From NCBI GenBank assembly GCA_053919585.1, contig CM132793.1: a DNA stretch of 64,000 bases. One strand, 5' to 3'. A program made the position numbers and the translations under genes. This document shows, in pieces, positions 38,905 through 51,597 of the stretch (its first letter is position 1; each line of letters starts with the position of its first letter). Under the pieces are notes generated by a model. That model saw only the letters and a list, made by a program, of their open reading frames with translations. It had not been told where the DNA came from and did no database searches. The stretch is from Euprymna scolopes (Eukaryota).

Positions 38905-41817
38905 ATGACGACAGTACAATCTAAAAATAAGCTTAAACCAGGATTAGGGACAAACAAATTCAACTTGCCTCCTCCCTTGAGGCTCTCATTCACAAATATC
39001 CGTGGGCTTAGAACTAACTTAGCTGATGTTGAAGCATTTCTCTTAACAAATACCCCGGATATCTTAGCACTAAGTGAGACTAACCTACACTCCTCCATTC
39101 CCTCTAACCACTTTAACATGCCTGGATATCTCCCACTCTGCCGTAAGGACTCTGACAGACATATGCACGGACTTGGAGTTTACATTCGTAATACCCTTCC
39201 CTTGACTAGAGAAACAAACCTAGAAACAGATGATCAAGCCTTTATGTGCTTTAGACTAAACGTGCAACACAGTATTAGCTACTATTATTTTCTCTACCGC
39301 TCTCCCTCGACTCAGGACTGCTCCATAATAAACAAAGTATCTGACAGCATAGACACGGCACTGTCCCTCGACACTAGCGCACAAATACATGTGTTTGGTG
39401 ACTTTAATGTCCACCACAAAAACTGGCTTGGATTCTCTACTCACACAGATGCAGCGGGCAGCACAACCCATAGCTTCGCTATATCTCACTCCCTATCACA
39501 AATTGTTACGTTTCCAACCCGTTTCCCTGACCAGGAAGAACAACACGCATCACTTCTAGATCTGTTTTTGACCACAGTTCCCGATGACTGCATAACGAAG
39601 GTCCACAGCCCACTCGGGAACGCTGACCATGCAGTGATAATGGTTGAAATCGCCCTAAACTCTAGACCCAAAACTGAAGAGCCAGTGCTCAAAACAACGA
39701 GATATTATAATAAGGCTGACTGGGAAGCCATCAGGGAACTAATTAGAGATGCTCCATGGAAAAATATTTTCTCTCTCCCTGCTGAACAATGTGCAAACGA
39801 GACCACTGACTGGTTCAAAACTGCAATCGAAGCGCATGTTCACATGCGGAAATTTTATAGTAAGCCCCACTCTCCCCAATGGTTTACGTCGACTTGTGCA
39901 ACTGCCATTACTCAAAAGCAGCATGCATACCGTAGGTTTAACCGACATAAGTCCAGTTCAAACAGACTGAAATATATAGAAGCTAGAAATAACGTTAAGA
40001 AAGAAATAGCGACAGCTAAGAGAGAATTTACGGAAACCACTAAAAAGCGCATCGAAGCACAAAAACTAGGAACTCGAGACTTCTGGAAAATCTACAACAG
40101 TGTAGTAAATAATGGGCAATCAACAATTCCCCCACTAACCAACAATCACGAGGTTGTCTCCTCAGCAACCGACAAGGCTAACATGCTTGCCAGTCGGTTT
40201 GCCTCAAACTCCACACTGGACCCTTCCAACCACCCCCTACCTGACTTTCCTATGCGGACAGACGCCACACTAGACGATCTGAAAACCACCCCTGCTCAGG
40301 TGCATGCTATCATAAAAAACCTTGACACCTCAAAAGCATGTGGACCCGATCTTATCCCAGCTGTGCTATTAAAAAAGTGCTCAGCCGAAGTAGCTCCAGT
40401 TCTCTCCAAACTCTACAACAAATGTCTTAATGAAGCTTGCTTTCCGGGCTGTTGGAAAACTGCTTCTGTTGTACCAGTATTCAAGAATTCTGGCGAAAGG
40501 ACAGACCCATCAAATTATCGCCCCATTAGCCTCCTCCCACTTTTTGCCAAAATATTTGAGACCATAATTAACCATGCTCTAGTCCATCATCTTACAGATG
40601 CTAAACTACTGACTGACAAACAATATGGATTTAGACAAGCCCGTTCCACAGCAGACATCCTCACTGTGATCTCTGAACGTATATACCAATCACTGGACAA
40701 AGCGGGGGAAGGCAGAGCGGTAGCTCTAGATATATCTAAGGCTTTTGACAGGGTATGGCATGAGGGTCTCCTCAGTAAAATCAGATCATACGGTATCACT
40801 GGTAGAATACTTAACATAATTAAATCCTTCTTAGATAAGAGAAAAATCCAGGTAGTCCTTGACGGTCGCACATCTAAACAATATGATATAAATGCGGGAG
40901 TGCCCCAGGGTTCTATCCTTGGACCTCTATTGTTCCTGATATTCATAAATGACCTCCCCGACAACATTGCCTCTGAGATGGGTATATATGCTGATGACAC
41001 TACACTCTATGGCAGACACGACAGGAAGACGAATGAACACATTTCTAAAGAAATGGCAGAAACACTAGAGGAAGACCTCCAATCTGTAGTGGAATGGGGA
41101 CAAAAGTGGTTGGTCGCATTCAATGCTGCCAAGACTAAACTAGTTTCATTCAATAATTACAAGAAACCCTCTCTACCACCCATAGCAATGGCCAACGACT
41201 CTTTATCTGAGAGTCCATCTTTCAAACTCCTTGGCCTAACGTTCACAGGAAACATGAGTTGGAACAATTACATTGAAGGCATTGCCAGGGCCGCTGCAAG
41301 AAAGGTAGGCTCTCTCTACCGTGCTAGAAAACTACTAACACCCGAAAGTATCCTGTACCTCTATAAGGCCACCATGCGCCCATGTATGGAGTATTGCTGC
41401 CACATCTGGGCTGGTGCATCTGCTACTAGTCTCTCGCTCCTTGACAAGGTTCAAAAGAGAGTCGCAAACCTGATAGGCCCTGAACTGGCATCTAAGCTTC
41501 AGCCTCTGTCCCATCGACGAAATGTTGCATCCCTCTGCCTTTTCTACAAGTATTTTAGTGGTGAATGCTCTGACGAACTGCAATCACTTGTGCCCCCACG
41601 ACGCGAGCACCCTCGACAAACCCGACAGGCTACTAGATCCCACCCCCACACTGTAGAGGTCCCTAGATGTAAAAGATCTTTTTACTCCAATAGTTTCTTC
41701 CCCAGAACCGCAAGACTCTGGAATTCCATTCCAGGTCCCTGCTTCCCCAACAGTACTGACGTGCAGAAGTTCAAGTGTAACGTGAACCGACACCTTGCTG
41801 CCCAAATCCCTACATAG
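38905..41817 (+). CDS. Intact LINE ORF2: APE endonuclease plus reverse transcriptase, 970 aa
   Basis: NIRGL, LSET, YRSP, GDFNVH, LDLFLT and DH (APE). YRPISLL, LDISKAFDRV, GVPQGSILGPLLF and YADD (RT). No stops. Confidence 0.95.
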   Translation: MTTVQSKNKLKPGLGTNKFNLPPPLRLSFTNIRGLRTNLADVEAFLLTNTPDILALSETNLHSSIPSNHFNMPGYLPLCRKDSDRHMHGLGVYIRNTLPLTRETNLETDDQAFMCFRLNVQHSISYYYFLYRSPSTQDCSIINKVSDSIDTALSLDTSAQIHVFGDFNVHHKNWLGFSTHTDAAGSTTHSFAISHSLSQIVTFPTRFPDQEEQHASLLDLFLTTVPDDCITKVHSPLGNADHAVIMVEIALNSRPKTEEPVLKTTRYYNKADWEAIRELIRDAPWKNIFSLPAEQCANETTDWFKTAIEAHVHMRKFYSKPHSPQWFTSTCATAITQKQHAYRRFNRHKSSSNRLKYIEARNNVKKEIATAKREFTETTKKRIEAQKLGTRDFWKIYNSVVNNGQSTIPPLTNNHEVVSSATDKANMLASRFASNSTLDPSNHPLPDFPMRTDATLDDLKTTPAQVHAIIKNLDTSKACGPDLIPAVLLKKCSAEVAPVLSKLYNKCLNEACFPGCWKTASVVPVFKNSGERTDPSNYRPISLLPLFAKIFETIINHALVHHLTDAKLLTDKQYGFRQARSTADILTVISERIYQSLDKAGEGRAVALDISKAFDRVWHEGLLSKIRSYGITGRILNIIKSFLDKRKIQVVLDGRTSKQYDINAGVPQGSILGPLLFLIFINDLPDNIASEMGIYADDTTLYGRHDRKTNEHISKEMAETLEEDLQSVVEWGQKWLVAFNAAKTKLVSFNNYKKPSLPPIAMANDSLSESPSFKLLGLTFTGNMSWNNYIEGIARAAARKVGSLYRARKLLTPESILYLYKATMRPCMEYCCHIWAGASATSLSLLDKVQKRVANLIGPELASKLQPLSHRRNVASLCLFYKYFSGECSDELQSLVPPRREHPRQTRQATRSHPHTVEVPRCKRSFYSNSFFPRTARLWNSIPGPCFPNSTDVQKFKCNVNRHLAAQIPT

Positions 41818-43776
41818 TACCCCAGTAGTTGTTGCCCCTGATAGTAGCCCCCTACACCAAAGTGGCAATTTGCCTTGTTTGGGGTGAAAATGTAATAAAA
41901 AAAAAAAAAAAAAAAAAAAGGTACTTAAATTGTTGGTCGGTAATGACCATAAAGGTTCGCTCGGTCTCGGTTTTGAGGGACGGGTGTGTCCAAGTTCATT
42001 CATTAAAAATATTTAGCCCCTTGAGGTAAAACATGATTCTGAATCTGCAGTAACTGAATTTACAGTAGAAGGAGGCCCCTTCTTCTGCTATACATGCTCG
42101 ATTGCTAATGATGGAGCAACACCTATGTTGTGTTGCGACTCATGCAATAATTGGTATCATTTCAGTTGCGTTGGAGTTGACCAGCGGGACACCATAGGCA
42201 AGTGGGTTTGTCCAAGTTGTACAGACAAAAAATTCTTATATTACATTATCGGGGTCATCGACTTAATTAAAGTCATTTTCTCTTTATTATTTATGTAGCA
42301 ACCCCCCCCCCCCAATGAACTATACTCTCTGACGAATCAATGCTTCCCTGTAAGTTCTTCGGCCATAGACTGGCCAATCGACATGCAGGGCACATTGATC
42401 CTACTGTCCCCAAAAAGAGTGCAGGGGACATCCAACAGTCAGCACAGAGCTGCGAGCGAAGACACACCTTCTTCTCCTCCTCACCCAGCACCGACAGTCC
42501 GGCTTGGACCTGACTCAATAACTTCGAGCTCCACCACTATTATCCCGTTGAATAAATACTTGCAAATGTTTAATGTTAAAAGGAGTTTGTCGTTTTTATC
42601 GAGGGTTCTAAAAGATAAATAATTAGCTGGGGTACAACTACAAACAGTTGGTTTTAAATGTTTTGTAATTAATATAGCTCATTCTTTTTATTTATTTATT
42701 TTTATTATAGTTATAATTTTTATTATTATAATTAGATTTATTAAAAAAAGTTCTGTAAATATATTTTAAAAAAAAATGCACTCAGAAAGACACCCATTTA
42801 TTTAAGTATATTTTGTTGGCACTGTTTTACAATTTGTCATTGTTCTGAAGGAGACAACTCTCTTTAACTAAGAAATTAATTCATTTTTTCATCTCATAAT
42901 TTAGGACGCTTATAACGCTGTCAGTAAATTTTCACAAGCGGTTTACAAAAACATACTTTTATGTTTTTCATTCTTTTGTTTGTGGGAGGGGGGATATGAG
43001 GGGCATTCAATTATAGAACTTGTATAGAATCACCTGTGTCCGTAACAACAGTAAACAGAATTTTTGTGAAATATTAAAGGGTTCTTCTGCTCAGTTAATG
43101 TCGGCACGTTACTTATAAAAAAAAAAACGGTTAATTAAACTGCAGAAGCACCTGTTAAAAACTATACAAAGGAACTATGTTACATCTCCACGCATAGTGA
43201 TACAGCGTACAGATTGGAACGTTTAAGAACATCGGTATATAAGGATTTTCCACGAAATCAAATCAGTTCATTCCAGTTTCTCTCTTGTCTTCCCCAAGTC
43301 TGGATGTCAATGAAACTCTGCCACTGGAAGGCGTTAAAATCACATGTCTTGAATTTGCATGCCATACATATGTACCTAAATTCTCATCATGGAAAATTAC
43401 CACGTCGAACAAGAATTAATTCTTCTTTAAATAATGTTATTTTGAACTACTGTTTTCTTATGCAATGAACACACACACACATACACACATTTTGCTTACA
43501 TGGTTTAATGACTGTTTTTCTCTCATAAAATATTCACATTCATTTCAAGCCACGTGTAACACGCTGTTAATAAAAACCAGTAATTTTAAACTTCATGCTA
43601 TTCTCATGGGATCCTCATTTAGTTAATCCTGCATAATGAACACTCGTTGCGAGAAAACACTTACATTGGAACGATTTGAATTAATATTCCTAACACGTAA
43701 ATAAATGTTATTTCATATTAATAGAGTGATTTCGAGTTCTTTGTCAAGTGCCATTATTTTCTGGAGTTGTTTATGT

Positions 43777-44310
43777 AGCAGAAACAAATAGAACTCTTTT
43801 CTTGTGCGTCAGTGCCTCCCCTGACTGTGCGATATGGCACATACTGACCAATAAGAGGTATAATGCAGGGATCTTCCTTACCCCCTTAAGGAACTATAAC
43901 TGCTTCCGTCCCGGACGAGAAAAACTCTTCCCTTTTCTAGCGAGACATCAAAGAGAGCAGACCTGTTTCTTCACACTCTCTCTCTCTCTCTGCCTACACT
44001 GGTATCTACAATTCCCACTTGGGATTAAGTACCGGGCAAAGGCGGATGAGTTCTATCCCTAGCTATATCTAAATGGCATCATGCCCTTGCTTCAATAGAC
44101 CTTTTCCTTGCAAGTTTTATGAAGTCTTTTGTTCGTTTATTCAGTAGCTTGTGTTGAAATATTTATTTTATTAGCGAGTGCCCGAAAAGCATTAACTCAA
44201 CTCTCTAAATTTCTATTTTTATTTTCTGTATGTGAGGATGTGCACTGGTGGAAACATTCTATTAATCAGCACTCTCATTAAATTTACCTTTAACAGTCTG
44301 GTGGATACTC
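43777..44310 (+). mobile_element. Possible LTR followed by a primer-binding site
   Basis: GC-richer block starting TGTAGC, ending TTAACA and followed by GTCTGGTGG. No partner LTR or coding region seen. Confidence 0.3.
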
Positions 44311-45587
44311 TACTACTTTTGACTTAAAGCGATTCCTGCACCTGCAACCTCGCTCCTAAAAATTGATAGATCCCAATTGCGAATTAGCGAACACTGATAC
44401 ACATCTTTCTAATTAGTGACAAAGTTCCTATCGAGTTTTTGGTTATTTTTAGTTAATTTTTCTTTTAATAAATCTTGTTAATTATGTTTCCCACGTCTCT
44501 TATTTGGATCAACTTTTTCCAGCAGTTCTTGTCAGATGACTGTTGAACCCACGATAATATCTTGGAAATCCGGGTCAAAAGATGGTTCTGTGCTTGTACA
44601 TCTGTTTTACAGGGCAGAAATAATTACGTTATTATTTAGAAATCCATTCTTAACATGGGCAGGTGGTATTTTGTAACTATTCTTGACTTTCACCTAACAA
44701 TTTAATAATAAAAAGTATCGTAAAAATTGAATTTAACTTGAAAAAACTATTTTTAAAAAATAACACGGTAATATAGATGCACAAGCACTCAATATTCTTT
44801 TCCTTTTACCTTTATCGGAATTTTTAAATTTATTCCATTTTGTGTTTTATTTATTTATATTTTACCTGTTCCGTTGTTGATTTGAAAGTATTTAGAACTA
44901 GAAATAACACAAGTGGATGTTTTTGGAGTTATTTCCCTTGTATTGAAAGGAGACAAATATCAAAGGGAGATAACTAAAATTAACAAAACATATCCTCCAG
45001 TTTAAAAATATGAGTTTTTCCTCTCTGCTGATTTTTGTTTTTAGGGGATTATTAAACCATTTTACATATTATCAGGCGTCTGGAATAGTCTAAATAATTT
45101 TTTCAAATAAATTGCAACGAAATACACCATTATATTTGCTAATAACACAGTAAACAATAGCAATTGAAAACTGGTTGTCAGAAGCAAAGTTTGATTTGTC
45201 AGCTAAAACGCTATTTGGGTCTGAATTTGAAAATCCANNNNNNNNNNNNNNNNNNNNNNNNNNNNNNNNNNNNNNNNNNNNNNNNNNNNNNNNNNNNNNN
45301 NNNNNNNNNNNNNNNNNNNNNNNNNNNNNNNNNNNNNNNNNNNNNNNNNNNNNNNNNNNNNNNNNNNNNNNNNNNNNNNNNNNNNNNNNNNNNNNNNNNN
45401 NNNNNNNNNNNNNNNNNNNNNNNNNNNNNNNNNNNNNNTAAATTAAGCTATGACTGATTTCAATTAATGTTTATGTGAAACGTGTTGGAGAGGAAATGTT
45501 AACATAAAGCAAATATAATCTTATAGTCTTATGTTATTTTATCACATCCAAAACATAGATTTTATTTTTTCACTACCAATGCACTGG

Positions 45588-46325
45588 CCTCAGTTGATAT
45601 GAATGGCTCTAGTAGTAAAAAAGTACCCTCCTCCAACAAGCTTCTTTTACTGACCTCAACTCCTGACCTAAAATGGAAGACTTTGATCAAATCAGTTGCC
45701 AAAGTCACTGAGAAAATGGTTGCATTCTATCGCTCCAGAAGGTATCTTACTCCCAACACAATTCTCTACCTTTATAAGAATCAATTATGTCCTAAAATGG
45801 AGTACTGTTGGAGTAAAATGGAGTACTGTCGCACGCATCTGGGAAGGGGCCACTGGAAGCAGCCTATCCTGCTTTGACAAAGTTAAAAATCGGCTTGGAA
45901 ATCTGATAGGTAATGCCTTTTCTCTTCCCTGCAACCTTTTTCTCACAGAAGAGATGTTGATGCTTGTCAGAGCTTCAGTCTATGGTCTTGCCATGCCAAA
46001 CTTTCATAAAAAGTACTTGCCTAACTACAACTATTATCATCAATTTCCCTTACTTTCTGTCTATGTCTAAATTTAAATGCAAGTTCCATGAACAAAGCTG
46101 TTTTCTTAGAACTGTCCAGCAGAGTAACTCTGTTCTGGAAGTCTGCTTTCTGGCTGACTACAACATAATCGTCTTCAATTTCAATGTAAAAAAAATTCTT
46201 ATTGAACCGTTCCCTTAAATAGTAAATTTCTACCCAATTTCCATCGCCTGATGTGCATTAACCTTTATCGTCAAGTGGCCTTCAGGTCTTAATAAGTGGT
46301 GACTCCTCTGTAAAAAAAAAAAAAA
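45588..46325 (+). mobile_element. Old CR1-group LINE 3' fragment
   Basis: TPDLKW, ILYLYKNQLCPKMEYC, the shared 3' UTR (..ATAAGTGGTGAC..) and an A-tail. Confidence 0.82.
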
Positions 46326-47630
46326 CACCCTATGTTGTTCAGGATTCAAGAAGGAACACAATTTTTTTTTCTTCACAATTCTCATAAAATCATATCATTT
46401 TTTTTATTTTCTCCCTGCCTCCTGTTTTATATAAGAAATCTGGCCAGTGAGGGTTGAGGACATGCTTTGCTTGGAGATAAACATTATGGGTAGACATACA
46501 TATATTTGTATTTCATTTTCTTCACTTATATAGAAGAATTTTCTAATTCTGAAATATATGCATTTCATGTCGACTTTTAATTTCTTTCTTTTCTATACTT
46601 TTTGCTCTCATCAAGTACATTGTTTTCTGGGGTAGCTAAGTAGACTTTCTCTTTTGTAATCATATGTAGTTTTGCTGCAAATAATATTACATCTGAAAAC
46701 AGACGATTGAATATTTTACTGAGTGAATTCCTGGTTTCATTAACAATGTCTTATGATGAACCTCATTGTCAACTGAATACAGACATTAGTTAATAAGAAG
46801 CATTTGGTGGGTCAAATGCTAAGTCAACTGCTTCAATTAATGAGGGAGTTAGTTGAAGATGTACTTACTGATGGTATTTTTCTTTAGTAATTCTTTGTAT
46901 CACAGTTACTATCTAATATTCTTTGAACAATTGGCATTCTTAGCAGATAAAATTATGAGTTTTACTGGGACTTCCCTCCCTCAAATTCCGACTTCTAATT
47001 TTTGTAGCAGAGATCTCATCGTTTATCATAAATTCAACCCCAGACTCCAAGTTCACAAAAGGCTGTTGAGCAGCTTACAAAGGAGATAAAAAGTTTAAAG
47101 TTCGATAGGACCCAATCATCTAGTCAACTTAACTATGTCTTTCAGTCTCCTCAAAATTAGGTACTCTGGGTTGGAACAAAAATTAAAATTGCCTCCGTCT
47201 GAAAGCATTTCTCCTTAACTAATTCATTAGAATAATTTAGTTGACATCAGCATGAGAATCGTTTACAGAAAAAAAAATAATGACTAATAAAATGGGGAAA
47301 AACAGGAAACAAAAAGAAGTAAAACATTTTATTTAAAAAGATAAATTTTATTATAAAACTAACAAAGGATTTTGCCGAGTGGTAAAATATGCTTAAATAT
47401 TAGACTATTTTCAAATATCGTCCTAAATTGGGAATGGAGCAACGGACTATATAAGTAGATATTAATAAGTCCCTCTTACCTTTTTTTTTTTTTTTAAATG
47501 GAGAGTAGATAATGCACTGTGGATGTGTTATTGGCAGCTCCAGTAACTCCCTCTTCTCCTTTTTTGTTCCAGGTCGGTAGTACTTCATGAACAGTAGCCT
47601 GAGATGTCGAAAATTTTCTGTTTCTATATC

Positions 47631-50600
47631 TATCCTTGTGGCCATGTCACTAGTAAGGGTGCTGGAGGTAAATGTTTCATCTGGGCTGACGTTATCCACC
47701 TGATAGTCAGGGACCCGAACCTTGGATTAACCACTAAGGAGGCTGTCCTATCAGCAGGTGCAAAGTACTGGGGCTGCAGTATTGCCATTTAGTGAAAGGA
47801 TTCTGGACCATTCAGTGGTTTCTGGTGAGGCCTCTCGATGCCATACTAGTGGGTAATTGTTACGACTTTACCTGATCATGTGCTGCAAAAAGAAAAAAAA
47901 ATGTCCTGTCTTTTTCTCTCTTACTTTCTCTCTTTGTTCTGCTCTAACCAAGTCTTTCGACCTGTTCTGCAAATCCCAAAACCTCAACATGAAATATCTC
48001 CAGAAAAAAAACACGTATAAACCTAGAACCCCATCCTTCAATGTAGACCCCTAATACCATGTCTCCTTCTCCAACATCAGGGGTCTATGTTCTAATCTTC
48101 CAGAGGTTGAAACCCAATTACAAGAGTCGAAACCAGACATATTCTTTCTAAGCGAAATTGGCATAGGACTGACCACTTCCCTAGATGAGTTCATAATTAA
48201 AGGATACTCTAACTTAACATCTAAATCTGACCCCTAAGATCGCCATAGGCATGGAATATGTGCCTACATTAAAGATGGCTTTCCGTGTGGTAGGGATATC
48301 TCCAGAGAAGACCCTAATTTAGCTTATATGTGCTTCCGGGTTGCACTTGCTTACACCACCGCATTTATATTTGCCCTCTATCGCCCCCACAACAGGGGGT
48401 TACTATCTTAAAGAGTATATCTGAGAAAATCGACCATATCCAGTCTGCTCATCCTTCAGCTAACATTCACATTTGCGGTGACTTCAATGTCCATAATGCG
48501 GAATGGCTGACCCACTCAAATAAGACAGATGACGAGGGGAGGTTCTGTCATGATTTTGCCATTGCCTATAACCTTACTCAGATTGCTCACAAACCCACCC
48601 ATGTGGCCAATACTACCAGTCAGTGTGCAAGCCTTCTAGACCTTTTTCTCACAACTTCCCCTGAGCTATGTTCATGTTCTGTTCTTCTCTGGGATCCTCT
48701 GACCACTCAGTTGTATCACTTAAGATAAAAATGAAATGTAATAAGTCTTCAGACATACCTCTCCACCGTACTGTATATCGATACTCTATGGCTGACTGGG
48801 ATAGCTTCCGTACATTTATATCTGATCTACATCTGCATTCTATGTTTAAAAAGGATGTGTCCTCTATAGTATCAGACTTGACTGAATGGTTAATTGTAGA
48901 CATAGACAAATTCATACCATCCAAAAAATTCCAACAAAAACTAACAGCCAGCCATGGTTCTCCCCAGAATGTACTGCTGCCATCGCGCACAGAAATCACT
49001 TTTTCCATAGCTACCAACGTAATAGATGTACTGAGACTAAAGCTGCTTTCAGGACTGCCAGCAACCACTGTAAAAGAGTAATAAAAAATGCAATAGAGCT
49101 ATATGCTCAGTCCGTTAAATCCAAAGTAGCTGATCAGCGGCTCGGTTCCCACCAGTTTTGGCAAATAGTTAATAGGATCTTGAACAGAAGTGTGTGTTCT
49201 ATTCCAACCATCATCAATGGATCTGAGGTCATCTCGTCAGCATCAGACAAACCAACCTATTTGCCAAGAACTTTGCAGCTAACTCTACCCTATGCGACGA
49301 AGGCCATCAACTCCCCGTATTTCCTCCTATAACAGACAACATGCTATTCAACATAAAAATATCTGTGTATGAGATCGCCAAGCTAATCAAGAACCTTGAT
49401 TCCAGTAAAGCAATTGGTCCAGACGGCATTCCAATTATAGTGTTGAAAAAGCTTCGACCAGAAGTTGCCCCCATATTTACAAAACTGTTTAAGTGTTGCC
49501 TTAAGGAGAAATGCTTTCCAACACCCTGGAAAACCTCATCAGTATGCCCTGTATTTAAGAATTCAGGTGATAAGTAATCTCCCTCTCAGTACAGACCAAT
49601 AAGTCTCCTGTGTGTCATGAGTAAACTGCTGGAATCCATATTAAATAGAGAAGTAGTCAACCACCTCAGCAGAAATAATCTTCTTAGTGACATGCAATAT
49701 GGTTTCTGTTCTGCTAGATCTACAGCAGATGTGCTAACGGTTATATTTCATAGGATTAGTGAATCTCTTCGACAAAGGCTTCCTTTCTAGGGCAATTGCT
49801 CTTGACATATCAAAGGCCTTTGATAAGGTATGGCATAGGGGCCTACTTCACAAGATTTTCAGCTACGGTATAACTGGAAATGAGTTCTCAATTATTAAAT
49901 CCTTTCTCTCTGATAGGCTCATAAGAGTAACGGTTGATGGGCAGAAATCAGAGACCCCCAGTATTAATGCTGGAGTCCCTTAAGGGTCTATCCTGGGTTC
50001 AACTCTCTTCCTGATCTACATCAATGATCTCCCAAAACACATACTTAAATCATTCGTTGACATCTATGCTGATGACATGACCATCTATGGCAACACATCA
50101 AAAGCCGTAAATTGGCATCAATTGAAATGGATGGCTCTCGTCTTGGGGAGGCTCCATGTTTTGACAAGCTTCTGGGCTTGACCTTTACTTCTGATCTGAA
50201 ATGGAACACGTACATCAAGTCTGTTGCCAAGGTTGCTGGGAAGATGGTGGGATCTTTCTACCGCTCCAGAAGATATCTCACTACTTATGCAATTCTCTAT
50301 CTTTATAAAAGCCAAGTACCTCCAAGGATGGAGTACTGCTGCCACGTCTGGGCAGGAGCTGCTAAAAACAGCCTATCCTGCCTTGACAGAGTACAAAATA
50401 GACTTCGTGGTCTAGTGGGGGAGGCCCTTTTCTCTTCCCTGCAACCTCTCTCCCAAAGAAGAGACGTTGTGAGCCTGTCTTTGTTTTATCGTTATTTCCA
50501 TGGCAAGTGTTCGTCTGAGCTCCAATCTCTGGTCTCCCTCACCACTTCCCTAGATGAGTTCATAATTAAAGGATACTCTAACTTAACATCTAAATCTGAC

Positions 50601-50952
50601 CCCTAAGTTCATAATACACCCGTCTAGTTGAAGCCACTGTCATTAATTTTCCCCACTCTTTATCTGTGCCTAAATCAAAGCGTAGATTCCATGAACAAAG
50701 CTTCTTTCTTAGAAGTGCACGACTGTGGAACTCTCTTCCGTTTGCCTGTTTCCTACCTGACTACAACTTGGATATCTTCAAGTCCAACATAAACAAATTC
50801 CTGATGAACCGCTCCTTTAAGTAAGACACTTTATCAAATCTCCAATACTAACGATTACTAAGATACTATCACATTGATTACTGTACACACAATAACCCTC
50901 ATCCCCGAGTGGTTTCCGGGCCTTGATAAGTGGTGACCTCCATGTAAAAAAA
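47631..50952 (+). mobile_element. Near full-length decayed CR1-group LINE (leader, APE, RT, 3' UTR, A-tail)
   Basis: NIRGLCSNL, GDFNVHN, GPDGIP, LDISKAFDKV and MEYCCHVWAGA spread over many frameshifted ORFs. Deletion of about 120 bp near 50112. Confidence 0.9.
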
Positions 50953-51597
50953 TATATATATATTTTAATTCAGGCAAATTTCATATTTATTATTAGAGTC
51001 AATTCCCTATTGAATATTATATTGTACCTAATATATAGTAGTGATTTAAAAAGTTAAAAATATGACTTGCTATCAGCTAGAATTGAAACCAAAACAGTTA
51101 GCGCTCCAGCTACATTCTCTACCAGAGTAGCTATTGAGAAATAGGTAAGAAAGATTTAATATTAAATGACTTGAAAAGAAATTAATTTCGGTATGTGTAG
51201 AAGGAATAAAAATATGTTGGCACATATGCATTTCAATTTGTTGATATATCATGTTATTCATCCATCTAAACAAAGATTTTATTTGTTATAAACCATCCTT
51301 TGTGTATAGTTAATATTTCCTATTAATTTCAGTGTTGTGTGACCAATAGTTTAAGAGTTTATTGGTTAAATATTTTTACATACACACTGAAACACACACA
51401 TCTACTGACTTATTTATCTAAATTCATATTTCATAGAAAAAGATTTTCACAAAAGGAAAATGGTTAAACAAAATGTCACGAGTAAGTCTATTTTCCACCT
51501 GAAGAAATACAGCTCAGTTATTTCGTAATTTTTACTCATTCTGGCGCTGTTTTAATTTTCGGCTACATACACTCAACAGTATAGTTGACTTAAATAA

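Larger units (their letters stand above)
36429..41919 (+). mobile_element. Apparently full-length CR1-group LINE with long non-coding leader, single ORF and poly-A tail
   Basis: Boundaries defined by interruption of the BEL reading frame (..GTCAAG | GTACTT..). Short 3' UTR and A-tail at 41897-41919. Confidence 0.75.
36235..42300 (+). mobile_element. BEL/Pao pol C-terminus (DUF5641-like plus PHD finger), split by the LINE insertion into 36235-36428 and 41921-42300
   Basis: FRCIWHNNYLLSIRE...GEIVLIESPNKSQPFCSLVK continues after the poly-A as VLKLLVGNDHK.VRSVSV...PLEV, then CYTC..MLCCDSCNNWYHFSCVGV..WVCPSC. A possible 3' LTR at ~42316-42640 is not verified. Confidence 0.72.
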
